DNA from: an uncultured bacterium
Lineage (GTDB): Bacteria; Fidelibacterota; Marinisomatia; Marinisomatales; UBA1611
Assembly: GCA_964648395.1 (NCBI GenBank)
Contig: CAZYLQ010000003.1
Location: 1-41,622 of the forward strand
Direction: 5' to 3'
DNA length: 41,622 nt
Shown: piece by piece, positions 9,548 through 18,530 of the stretch
Numbering within the stretch: the first letter of the stretch is position 1
How the letters are laid out: each line of letters begins with the position of its first letter
Notes under the pieces: generated by a model
Seen by the model: only the letters and a program-made list of their open reading frames with translations
What the model was told of the DNA's origin: nothing
Database searches by the model: none
Made by a program: the position numbers and the translations under genes

Positions 9548-10702
9548 ATGGATAATTTATTTTTTACTGACGAACATATCATGATTCGTGATATGGTTCG
9601 TGAATTCGCTGATACCGAAATCACTCCGGTTGCCAGGGATCTGGATGAGCAAGGGGAATTTCCTACGGCTCTCGTTAATAAAATGGGGGAATTGGGTCTC
9701 ATGGGCATCTTGATTCCGGAAGAATATGGTGGCTCAGGGTTGGATATGGTTGCCTTTGCCACAGCTATTATTGAATTGGCACGGGCCGATGCATCAGTGG
9801 CTATCACTATGGCAGCACATACATCACTGGGTTCACTTCCCATTCTGATGTTTGGATCGGATGAGCAGAAAAATACCTATCTTCCCAAACTGGCAACTGG
9901 TGAAATGTTAGCCGCATTTGGCCTCACAGAGCCGGATGCCGGTAGTGATGCAGGTGCCACAAAAACAAAAGCAGTTCGGGATGGAGATGAATATGTGGTA
10001 AATGGCGGAAAGATTTTTATTACAAATGCTGGAAAAGCAGGTGTGTTATCTTTTACATCTCAAGTGATTGAGAATGGAAAAAATCTAGGTATTGCTGCAT
10101 TTTCAATTTCCACAAATACACCGGGTTTGGAAATTGGTCCTAAAGAAAAAAAAATGGGTTGGCATGCCAGTGACACACGGCAACTATTTTTCAAGGATAT
10201 GCGGATTCAAGCGTCATCCATGCTAGGAACCCCCACAAATGGTTTTAAAACCTTTTTGAAAACATTGACATCTGGTCGAGTCTCCATCGGTGCATTATCT
10301 ATAGGAACGGCTTTAGGTGCATATGAGCGTGCATTAGTCTATTCCACTGAACGAATTGCATTTGGAAAACCAATCAATAATTTTCAATCTGTTGGATTCA
10401 AATTGGCAGATATGGCAACCAAGATAGAAGCATCAAAATTGCTGGTTTTCCATGCGGCGTGGATGAAAGATCAAGGATTGGACATTACTAAAGAAGCATC
10501 TATGGCAAAACTTTTTGCCAGTGAAACAGCAATGGAAGTGACCACCGAAGCTATCCAAATTCATGGAGGATACGGCTATGTAAAGGAGTATGATGTAGAA
10601 CGCTTTTTCAGGGATGCTAAGATACTAGAGATTGGTGAGGGGACCAGCGAGATCCAGCGACTTATCATTTCAAGAGAAATACTAAAAGAAATTCAGATCT
10701 AA
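9548..10702 (+). CDS. Acyl-CoA dehydrogenase (short/medium-chain type)
   Basis: The 384-aa ORF has FGLTEPDAGSDAG, the FITNAG region, and a C-terminal IHGGYGY...EIGEGTSEIQRLIISREI with the catalytic Glu context. Confidence 0.9.
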   Translation: MDNLFFTDEHIMIRDMVREFADTEITPVARDLDEQGEFPTALVNKMGELGLMGILIPEEYGGSGLDMVAFATAIIELARADASVAITMAAHTSLGSLPILMFGSDEQKNTYLPKLATGEMLAAFGLTEPDAGSDAGATKTKAVRDGDEYVVNGGKIFITNAGKAGVLSFTSQVIENGKNLGIAAFSISTNTPGLEIGPKEKKMGWHASDTRQLFFKDMRIQASSMLGTPTNGFKTFLKTLTSGRVSIGALSIGTALGAYERALVYSTERIAFGKPINNFQSVGFKLADMATKIEASKLLVFHAAWMKDQGLDITKEASMAKLFASETAMEVTTEAIQIHGGYGYVKEYDVERFFRDAKILEIGEGTSEIQRLIISREILKEIQI

Positions 10703-13023
10703 TGACTGAGAAAGAAAAAACTAATCCACTTATCCTATATTTTTTATTTGATAAATATTGGAGACAATACCTGATCATTTTCGGTTTAATAATGTTGATC
10801 TCTATTCTTTTCCCTCATGGAAAAGCGTTAAAATATTCCTATCAAGTCAATGACATCACTAGGGAACCTATTATTGCCCCCTTTACTTTTTCCATATTAA
10901 AAACTGAAGAACGGCTACAGAGTGATTTGGATGAACAGAAAAAGTCCATACCATATATTTTTAACCGAAATGATGAAATTGTAGCAAAACAGATAGATGC
11001 TTTGAGTGAATTCTTTGCAATGAAAAACGAGTTACGGCATGCCATTTGGCGACTTGAAGAATCCAAGAGATTGGTTTATGAGCGTCGTTATAACAAGCAA
11101 TATGAAAAAGCTCACTCCGAATTTGTGTCTGACAGTGCTAATCTCTCCATTCTGACAAATGAATTCCACAGGATATATTCATTTACGGTAGAAAAGCCCG
11201 AATGGATTGCCTATGTGACAGCGGATCAAGATCCGAAAAATATGAAGGATTTGGATCGGAATAAAGATCATGTTATTCAGATTTGCAAAAATAGATGGAC
11301 AGAGGGTATTTATGATATTGTACTCAGTGATATTGCTAGTCACCAAGTTATGATCAATCAAAGCGATGTTCCGGATCTAGCAACACCAGAGAGTTTTAAT
11401 GATCTTCAATCTGCATGGACAAAAGCAAGAAAAGAATTGCTTTCTATTTTTTCTGAAAGTGATATGTTCCGTGATCTGGGGTATGATCTCATTGTTGAGT
11501 TTATGCAACCAAATCTGTTATTTGATCGACAACTCACCGAGCGCCATCAAATTGAGAGTTTAAATAAAGTTCCCCGTAGCCAAGGTGTAGTGTTAGAAAA
11601 TGAATTAATTGTGGATGCCAATATCCGGATTACTGATGATGTCCTTCAAAAATTAAACTCATTATCTGTGGCAATCACAAAACAGGAAACCAATTCTGGC
11701 TGGGCGAAAATTGCCTTGAGCTTTCTTGGGAGAATCATGATGCTTTCCGTAGTGGTTTCCCTGTTCTTTGCATTTTTAGTAGTGTACCGTATTACCATTT
11801 TCCAAGATTGGAAATTGGTCTTATTGATCTCAATCGTTTTTTTACTGCAATTGGGATTGGCTCATATATTCGTGATTAGGTTGGAATGGTCGGAATATTT
11901 AATTCCCGTAACTGTTGGTGCCATGACCCTTACTATTTTATTTGATGCACGAATCGGATTTATGGCCACAACTTCTATGGCAATTCTCATGGGGCTCATG
12001 ATGGGACAAAACATTGATCTTGTCATTGTTTCACTTTTCACAGCAACAATTGCCGTTTATAATATCAGGCAATTGAGAAAAAGGAGCCAATTATTCACCA
12101 CAATGTTTGCTCTCATTGCTGCTAGTATTTTTGTCATTATTGGGTTGGGGCTTTTTAAAGAACATAATTGGATTACCATGTTAAGTGATATTCAATTATT
12201 AACTATCAACAGTATTCTAGCACCAATTGTGACTTATGGATTGATTGGTCTATTTGAAATCTTGTTTGAAGTAACCACCAATTTAACTTTGATTGAATTA
12301 TTAGATTATGACCATCCACTATTAAAACGAGCTCAACAAGAAACAAATGGAACCTTCAATCATAGCATCGTGGTTGGCAATCTTGCAGAATCATGTGCAA
12401 ATGCGATTGGAGCGCATGCATTGCTTTGTCGCGTGGGTGCTTATTATCATGATATTGGAAAAATGGCGAAGTCAGAATATTTTATTGAAAACCAATACGG
12501 CGGGGAAAATAAACACGATTCACTTACACATACCATGAGTGCACGTATTATCCGAGCACATGTGAAAGAAGGATTAAATCTTGCACAGGAATATGCTCTC
12601 CCAAAAGTTGTTTCTAATTTTATTCCCATGCACCATGGAACAACCCGCGTAGAATATTTTTATCGAATGGCATTGAAAGAAGCTGAAGACTCAGGTGCCA
12701 AAGTAGATGAAAGTGCCTTCCGATATCCTGGCCCAAAACCAAACACAAAAGAGACAGGCATTCTCATGATCTGCGAAGCAGTAGAAGCAGCCGTTCGGTC
12801 TATCAAAAAACCGGATATTTTCAAGATCGAAGCTATGATCGATAAGATTATTAAGGGACGTATTGATGATGGTCAATTGAATGAATGTCCCCTTACGTTA
12901 GACGAATTGAATAAGATCAAGGGAACTGTAGATGGTACCACGGGAATGTTACCTGTACTACGTGGAATTTATCATATTCGGGTGGAATATCCCGATGATC
13001 CCAAAAGCACTGCTTCTGCATGA
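10702..13023 (+). CDS. 7TM-receptor / HD-domain phosphohydrolase (PgpH/YqfF-like, possible cyclic-di-AMP phosphodiesterase)
   Basis: The protein has an N-terminal extracytoplasmic region, about 7 hydrophobic helices (aa ~330-520), and an HD domain (HSIVVGNLAE...VGAYYHDIGK...PMHHGT). It has the conserved neighbourhood with ybeY. Confidence 0.85.
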   Translation: MTEKEKTNPLILYFLFDKYWRQYLIIFGLIMLISILFPHGKALKYSYQVNDITREPIIAPFTFSILKTEERLQSDLDEQKKSIPYIFNRNDEIVAKQIDALSEFFAMKNELRHAIWRLEESKRLVYERRYNKQYEKAHSEFVSDSANLSILTNEFHRIYSFTVEKPEWIAYVTADQDPKNMKDLDRNKDHVIQICKNRWTEGIYDIVLSDIASHQVMINQSDVPDLATPESFNDLQSAWTKARKELLSIFSESDMFRDLGYDLIVEFMQPNLLFDRQLTERHQIESLNKVPRSQGVVLENELIVDANIRITDDVLQKLNSLSVAITKQETNSGWAKIALSFLGRIMMLSVVVSLFFAFLVVYRITIFQDWKLVLLISIVFLLQLGLAHIFVIRLEWSEYLIPVTVGAMTLTILFDARIGFMATTSMAILMGLMMGQNIDLVIVSLFTATIAVYNIRQLRKRSQLFTTMFALIAASIFVIIGLGLFKEHNWITMLSDIQLLTINSILAPIVTYGLIGLFEILFEVTTNLTLIELLDYDHPLLKRAQQETNGTFNHSIVVGNLAESCANAIGAHALLCRVGAYYHDIGKMAKSEYFIENQYGGENKHDSLTHTMSARIIRAHVKEGLNLAQEYALPKVVSNFIPMHHGTTRVEYFYRMALKEAEDSGAKVDESAFRYPGPKPNTKETGILMICEAVEAAVRSIKKPDIFKIEAMIDKIIKGRIDDGQLNECPLTLDELNKIKGTVDGTTGMLPVLRGIYHIRVEYPDDPKSTASA

Positions 13024-13463
13024 TCATTGTTTCCGTGGATTGTGATCCAACGCTGGAATGCCCTAATAAAAAATTAGTTATAAATTTAGCCAAATCGGTC
13101 TTAAATAAATATAAAGCCCCTGGTGGAAATATCTCCTTTATTTTTGGATCTGATGAATTGTTGTCCAATCTGAAGAAAGAATTTTTCCAAAGAGATCATT
13201 GGACAGATGTGATCGCTTTTCGGTTAAATGAATATAATGAAAAAGATGTAGAAGGTGAAATTTATATTAGCCTTCCACGAGCAAATGAGAATGCTATATC
13301 TTTTGGGGAATCCTATGAAAAAGAAGTAGCAAGGCTCATCATTCACGGATGCCTACATTTGGTTGGGTTTAATGACGAATCAGAAAAAGAAAAAATAGAA
13401 ATGACAAAAATAGAAAATAATTTATTAAGCCAATTAAACTGGCATAAACTTTTTGGGACTTAA
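13020..13463 (+). CDS. ybeY: rRNA maturation endoribonuclease YbeY
   Basis: The 147-aa ORF carries the metal-binding motif HGCLHLVGFND (H-x3-H-x5-D variant). An ATGA overlap couples it to the upstream pgpH-like gene. Confidence 0.9.
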   Translation: MIIVSVDCDPTLECPNKKLVINLAKSVLNKYKAPGGNISFIFGSDELLSNLKKEFFQRDHWTDVIAFRLNEYNEKDVEGEIYISLPRANENAISFGESYEKEVARLIIHGCLHLVGFNDESEKEKIEMTKIENNLLSQLNWHKLFGT

Positions 13464-14246
13464 ATGAATAAACCAGATGCTGCAGACAAGTTTATTAAAC
13501 TTTTGGAGATCGTTGAAAAACTTCGTGGGCCAGATGGGTGTCCTTGGGATAAAGAACAAACGCATGCATCATTGCTCCCTTATTTTATTGAAGAAGCGTA
13601 TGAAGTAATAGAAAGCGTGGACAAGGGCGACTTTGAAACATTCCAGGAAGAATTGGGTGATATATTGCTTCATGTAGCGTTACAGTCACAAATTGCATCA
13701 GAAGATTCAAAATTCAATATTTCTGATTCATTGGACACAGTAAATGAAAAACTGGTCCGACGCCACCCGCACGTTTTTGGGGATAAAAAAGCCGATGCTG
13801 CCTTTGAAGCCAAACAAAATTGGGAAGCCACAAAACATGCAGAGAAAAATAGAAAATCCCGATTGGATGGTGTCCCCTTAGCACTACCTGCGCTTACACG
13901 CGCCCAACGGCTCCAACAAAAAGCGGCCTATGCTGGATTTGATTGGGACAATGTGGATGATGTTTGGGCAAAACTTCATGAGGAAATAGATGAATTGAAA
14001 TCAGCTCACGAAACCGGAGATATGGAAAATTTTAAAGAAGAGATTGGTGATGTTCTTTTTTCGGTAGTGAATCTTTCACGGTTTTTTAATATCCCTGCTG
14101 AAGATATGCTCCGGACTACAAATCGAAAATTCACAACCCGATTCCAAAAAATAGAAGAAGAATTAAAGAAAAAAGGGAAAAAGCTCGAAGATTCTACTTT
14201 AGAAGAAATGGAAGAGATATGGGAACGGGCGAAAGGGAAAGTATAA
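13464..14246 (+). CDS. mazG: Nucleoside triphosphate pyrophosphohydrolase MazG
   Basis: The ORF has a tandem MazG-domain architecture. The first half has CPWDKEQTH...EEAYEVIE...EELGDILLHV and the second half has EEIDEL...EEIGDVLFSVVNL. It starts directly after the ybeY stop. Confidence 0.9.
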   Translation: MNKPDAADKFIKLLEIVEKLRGPDGCPWDKEQTHASLLPYFIEEAYEVIESVDKGDFETFQEELGDILLHVALQSQIASEDSKFNISDSLDTVNEKLVRRHPHVFGDKKADAAFEAKQNWEATKHAEKNRKSRLDGVPLALPALTRAQRLQQKAAYAGFDWDNVDDVWAKLHEEIDELKSAHETGDMENFKEEIGDVLFSVVNLSRFFNIPAEDMLRTTNRKFTTRFQKIEEELKKKGKKLEDSTLEEMEEIWERAKGKV

Positions 14247-14340
14247 CTCCTAAATAATTATGAATTACATATTTAATGAATCCCAATTTCCTGTTTTAAT
14301 TCTATCTGTACAATTAGGCAAACTATCTTATTTTGGCATG

Positions 14341-14497
14341 CTACTTAAATAAATTTCCAGTTAAATACTTCAAACCAGTATCAACAGCAATTGTAACTCT
14401 TTACCCACAGATCCGCTGCGTGATTTGGTACAACCTTATTCAATTTAACGATAGGTGTATTCCCAATTGCTTCAAGAGCATTTAATACCTTTTTCAT
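14341..14497 (-). pseudogene. Internally deleted cysteine synthase / PLP-dependent (PALP family) gene remnant
   Basis: The minus-strand ATG at 14497 overlaps the yjbQ stop as ATGA. Its frame reads MKKVLNALEAIGNTPIVKLNKVVPNHAADLWVK, the conserved IGNTP-x-V/L-x-LN ... VK N-terminus of CysK/CysM/CBS, then SYNCC-stop. A shifted frame continues RVTIAVDTGLKYLTGNLFK-stop, which resembles the CysK C-terminus (...IVVI..DSGERYLST.LF). About 250 codons, including the PLP lysine, are absent. Confidence 0.6.
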
Positions 14498-14916
14498 ACT
14501 GATCCTTGGATGGTTATAATCAATTTTCTTTCAGGTCCACGGTTTCGGTGTTCACAGAGATAAATTCCTTGCCACGTGCCCAAGTTGAGTTTCCCATCTG
14601 TAATAGGTATTGAAACTGACGATCCCAAAAGAGATGCTTTCAAATGAGCCGGCATATCATCAGACCCTTCGAAAGTATGTTGGTAATAACTTTGGTTTTC
14701 TGGTGCCAGCATATTGAAATGAGATTCTAAATCAGTGCGAACAGTTGAGTCAGCATTTTCGTTAATGGTTAAGGAAGCGGATGTATGTTTTATAAATAAT
14801 TGAAGAATCCCTGTTTTGACATTCTTTAATTCAGGAATATTTTCTAATACATCATGGGTGATGATGTGAAATCCGCGAGACTTGGGAGAAAGAGTAATTG
14901 TTTTTTGAATCCACAC
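14494..14916 (-). CDS. yjbQ: YjbQ/UPF0047 family protein (secondary thiamine-phosphate synthase enzyme)
   Basis: The 140-aa ORF has a GTG start. The family-typical segments are FHIITHDV, HTSASLTINENADSTVRTD, DDMPAHLK and LGTWQGIYLCEHR. Confidence 0.85.
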   Translation of the reverse strand: MWIQKTITLSPKSRGFHIITHDVLENIPELKNVKTGILQLFIKHTSASLTINENADSTVRTDLESHFNMLAPENQSYYQHTFEGSDDMPAHLKASLLGSSVSIPITDGKLNLGTWQGIYLCEHRNRGPERKLIITIQGSV

Positions 14917-15037
14917 TATTTTAATTTGCCACGAACTTAACTAAGAAACACAAAGAAATAATTTGAACTCAGCATACCTTAATTTCCTTAGCTATTTAAT
15001 GATTTTTGCATCCAGATGCGAGTTTCTTCATCTGGAG

Positions 15038-15424
15038 TTATTTGAGTTTTTCCGTAATTATAAAACCACGATTTAAGGAAAATGCTATCATTCCATCGTG
15101 TTTTTGCCGTGTCTTTAATAAGATTGAACTAAATTCATTTTTGGTTGCCCATTTCTCTTGGAAATTTGCTAAGGAATAAGCAATTCCCATTCTGCGAAAT
15201 TTCGGTAAAACGCCACCCATCCAACTATAAAAGCTACCATCGTTAAATCGGTCATAGCCAATTTTAAATCCAACCGATTGATTGTCTATTTCAGCAATAA
15301 GAGCAAGATACTCTCCTGCACATCGTTTTTTGTATTCTTCTATTTTGTAGGGAGAGTTGAATTCGGGGATTTTGGATGATAAATCCACGCATTCCTGAAA
15401 TGCACCTTCGCGAATGTGAATCAA
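15038..15424 (-). CDS. GNAT family N-acetyltransferase (small, 128 aa)
   Basis: The acetyl-CoA-binding motif A context is present (GVLPKFRRMGIAYSL) and the beta-strand pattern is typical of GNAT. A 4-nt overlap joins it to the upstream gene. Confidence 0.75.
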   Translation of the reverse strand: MIHIREGAFQECVDLSSKIPEFNSPYKIEEYKKRCAGEYLALIAEIDNQSVGFKIGYDRFNDGSFYSWMGGVLPKFRRMGIAYSLANFQEKWATKNEFSSILLKTRQKHDGMIAFSLNRGFIITEKLK

Positions 15425-16668
15425 GTTTTTCGTTCTTTTTTTCGAGCAGCAGGGAATAAAATATTATTTAGGATTAGTCGATAACCTGGTGAATTTCGAT
15501 GTAGTGATAGATCTGTCGGTGGGTCTCCAACAAAATGTTGATAATCCTCCGGATCATGCCCACCATAAAAAGTGAATGTCCCTTTTCCGAAGTTTCCGTG
15601 CAGATATTTTACCTGATCTGATGCAGGGTCTTCGCCCATGATCACAATATGATTTTTAATTCTATTTTTATGGAATCCAGTTGTTTGTCCCATGAATCCC
15701 TTCACAATGGTCACATGGTTTTGGGTAAGCATGGTGGGTACCGGATCATACTTGGCGGAAAACTCAAATAGTGAAAAGTAATCTGCTTCTGCTCCACGAG
15801 TTACTGGATTATGGCTGGGTGGAATATCAATATCAGAAAATTCATATACCATGGGATCCGGTAAAAGTTTGAATCCAGTAAAAGCAAATGGTAGCGAATA
15901 ATCCAATTTTGAATGAAGACTGGGATCGATGGGCGTACCATCAAAAACAGAATGTGCCCCATCTACATTTTCCATGGAAAGTGCAATATCGTATGAGTCT
16001 GTGGCGGAGCACATGGCAAAAAGAAATCCGCCATTGCCCACATAATTTTTAATATTCCGCGCAATGGCTTTCTTTTGTTCGTGGACACTGGGGTATCCTA
16101 AATTAGTGGCTACAGATTCAAATTGTCTTTGCTGATCCCGATACCACTGGGCGTTGTTATGGCTGCGGTAAAATTTCCCGTATTGTCCTGTAAAATCTTC
16201 ATGATGTAAATGGAGCCAATCATAATCTGCTAATTTCCCCAAGTGAACTTCATCATCCCAAAGTGTTTCATATTCCACTTCTGCATAATTAAGCGCCAAT
16301 GTTACAGCATCATCCCAGGGTTGTTTGTTCGGTGGCGTATAAATAGCAATTTTTGGTTTCTTTTCCAAGAGAACAATATCCATATTGCCTTGGTCTATTT
16401 CTGAATAAATATTAACCAAATCATTTACATTTATCGGTTCAAAAGTGACTCCTCGAATTCTACACTCTGTTTGAACAAATTGATGCGCATCAATCAAAAA
16501 GGAACCTCCACGGTAATTTAACAGCCATTCAATTGTAGTATTTTTTGTTAATGTGAAATAGGCAATACCATATGCTTTTAAATGGTCGTTCTGTGACTGA
16601 TCCATTGGAATAAGGATTTTTTGTCCGAAGATGAATGAGATAGATAGAAGTAGAATTAACTGTTTCAT
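15421..16668 (-). CDS. Secreted protein of unknown function, class I glutamine-amidotransferase-like fold suspected (family I recall as often mis-annotated 'asparagine synthetase B')
   Basis: It has a signal peptide (MKQLILLLSISFIFGQ). The segments KIAIYTPP...PWDDAVTLAL...YDWLHLHHEDFTG...GGFLFAMCSATD resemble a Rossmann-like GATase1/ThuA-type core. The family assignment is from memory and has not been searched. Confidence 0.5.
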   Translation of the reverse strand: MKQLILLLSISFIFGQKILIPMDQSQNDHLKAYGIAYFTLTKNTTIEWLLNYRGGSFLIDAHQFVQTECRIRGVTFEPINVNDLVNIYSEIDQGNMDIVLLEKKPKIAIYTPPNKQPWDDAVTLALNYAEVEYETLWDDEVHLGKLADYDWLHLHHEDFTGQYGKFYRSHNNAQWYRDQQRQFESVATNLGYPSVHEQKKAIARNIKNYVGNGGFLFAMCSATDSYDIALSMENVDGAHSVFDGTPIDPSLHSKLDYSLPFAFTGFKLLPDPMVYEFSDIDIPPSHNPVTRGAEADYFSLFEFSAKYDPVPTMLTQNHVTIVKGFMGQTTGFHKNRIKNHIVIMGEDPASDQVKYLHGNFGKGTFTFYGGHDPEDYQHFVGDPPTDLSLHRNSPGYRLILNNILFPAARKKERKT

Positions 16669-18530
16669 TAACTTTCCGTTTGTTGAAGTGTCCGTATGTG
16701 ATACCGAATGGGTTCAGAAAAAATGGATTCGGGAAATTCATCTAGGATTCGCATGTATTGTTCCATGGCTTTTTCAACATCAAAATATTTTGTTTCATAG
16801 ATTTGTCCGGCCAAAATGATACCTCGATCTTCCAACGGAGTTCCACCAAGAGAATATGCCAAATTCAGTGATTTGTCATATTCTTTGAGTCTATAATGTA
16901 AAAGTCCCCTGCGAAGCATGGCTAAAGGAGCGATAGCTGCCAAAGAATCCTGATTAGAAAGAAAATTTAACTCCCGGATTGCATCCCCGATTTTCCGTTG
17001 TCTTAAATACCATTCTGCTTTTATAAAATGTTGAAAAGTTTTTTTCTCGGAAGGATCATTGTTATAATATTGTGTAAGGATATTTTTCAGTTCCATCAGA
17101 TCATTGAAAGATGGATCAATAGGGCTCATGGTTATGAATGATGATTGAACAATTTTCATGGTGGAGTCAGGATCATCCGTTAAAAAGTGGACCAGTATCA
17201 TTTTTTGTTCAATTGCAGGCAAATAGTTTTGCTTCAATTGTCTTTTTAAAAATGTTAAAGTTTCTTTTGATTGTCCTTTTGCCATTAATACATCTGCAAT
17301 TCTTAACACAATCTTCAATCTTAATTTCTTATCCGGTTTATTTTGCATAGCTTTATGAAGCAGATTGTATGCCTGATCAAAATCATGGAGAATCTTATAT
17401 TTTATTTCGCTTAAGCGAAAATAAGCTTCTGCTAAAAGGGGAGATTTTGGAAGAGAAATCAAAAGAGAATCATACAGAGCAAGGCTGGATTCAAGATGCT
17501 CAGATGATAGAGTTGAATTCAACTGGAATGGATCTTCGAAAAACAAATTGTTATTGAAAAAGTATGGAATCAAATGAGATTCTTGACTTGGAATAATTTG
17601 ATCTTCAAATGTTTGGGCAAGTCCCAATAATGCTTTCCCTGCCCAATTTGAATTGATTTTTTGTCCAAGAATAAAATTGTATGCATCTATTGAAATTTTA
17701 TACTGATTTTCTTTCCGACATTCATTTGCAAATGTCATCCAATCATTAATATTGATTTTTCCAGATTTAGATCCATCTTTTTTTACATCGAAGGCGTGAT
17801 CATATTCCTGTTGTTTAAAATAGAATTCGCTCAAGACGTTAAGTAGTCTATCTGGATTTTTTTGTGATGCTATTAAAAGTTTATTCTCTATGATTGGAAC
17901 TGCATCTTCATCATCGCTCATGAGAAGAATTCTACGCTGGATGACTTGATTATGTTTAGGTTCTTGGGAAAGTTGAAGAATGAATTGATCCATGGCTTTG
18001 TCGTAAACTCGCCGGGATTGGTAATGGATTCCCGCTTCATAGGCCATAAAAGATTTACCAAAATTTTTTCTGCCTGTATTTAATAATGAAATTAGTTCTT
18101 TATCTAGACTGAGTCGGCTATAAAGTGAAACCATAATGCGGTAATATGAACGATTATTACTAAATTTTTCCGCCCCTGCAGTCCAGATAGTTTTTGCTTC
18201 CTTTTGTTGGTTATTTAAAAAGTATAATTCTCCCAACTCAGAATAAAGTTGAATGTCATTTGGAGTGTGAATCAGTCTTTCACGAATGAATAGAATTCCC
18301 TCATCATACCGTTGATTTATTTTTAATATAGATTTCATATCTCGTACGATTCGATGATTTTTGGGATCTTTCAAAAGCACCGCTTCATAGATTGCGATTG
18401 CCCCATCCACATCGCCTTTTCTTTCCAGCATTTTTGCTGTTTTTATAGATGCATTTATAGATGCTTTATTTTGTCCCAAAAGGACATAGCTGAAAAACAG
18501 AAATATAAAAATCAAGCATTTATTTTTCAT
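16668..18530 (-). CDS. Secreted tetratricopeptide (TPR) repeat protein
   Basis: It has a signal peptide (MKNKCLIFIFLFFSYVLLGQ). Repeated 34-aa A/Y/L-patterned helical units run throughout (e.g. GDVDGAIAIYEAVLLKDPKN, AEAYFRLSEIKYKILHDFDQAYNLLHKA). Overlaps join it to both neighbours. Confidence 0.8.
   Translation of the reverse strand: MKNKCLIFIFLFFSYVLLGQNKASINASIKTAKMLERKGDVDGAIAIYEAVLLKDPKNHRIVRDMKSILKINQRYDEGILFIRERLIHTPNDIQLYSELGELYFLNNQQKEAKTIWTAGAEKFSNNRSYYRIMVSLYSRLSLDKELISLLNTGRKNFGKSFMAYEAGIHYQSRRVYDKAMDQFILQLSQEPKHNQVIQRRILLMSDDEDAVPIIENKLLIASQKNPDRLLNVLSEFYFKQQEYDHAFDVKKDGSKSGKININDWMTFANECRKENQYKISIDAYNFILGQKINSNWAGKALLGLAQTFEDQIIPSQESHLIPYFFNNNLFFEDPFQLNSTLSSEHLESSLALYDSLLISLPKSPLLAEAYFRLSEIKYKILHDFDQAYNLLHKAMQNKPDKKLRLKIVLRIADVLMAKGQSKETLTFLKRQLKQNYLPAIEQKMILVHFLTDDPDSTMKIVQSSFITMSPIDPSFNDLMELKNILTQYYNNDPSEKKTFQHFIKAEWYLRQRKIGDAIRELNFLSNQDSLAAIAPLAMLRRGLLHYRLKEYDKSLNLAYSLGGTPLEDRGIILAGQIYETKYFDVEKAMEQYMRILDEFPESIFSEPIRYHIRTLQQTES

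Noticed and set aside
9466-9843. 125-aa minus-strand ORF spanning the recJ 3' end and the acyl-CoA dehydrogenase 5' end.
   Set aside because: It is antisense to two well-supported genes and also crosses their intergenic spacer. It has no recognisable motifs.
15011-15036. 8-bp hairpin (TCCAGATG ... CATCTGGA) just downstream of the GNAT stop; a possible terminator separating the envelope operon from yjbQ.
   Set aside because: On the transcribed minus strand, TGCAAAAATC follows the hairpin rather than a U-tract, so it is not a canonical intrinsic terminator. It could still be a processing or stability element, but I cannot support that.
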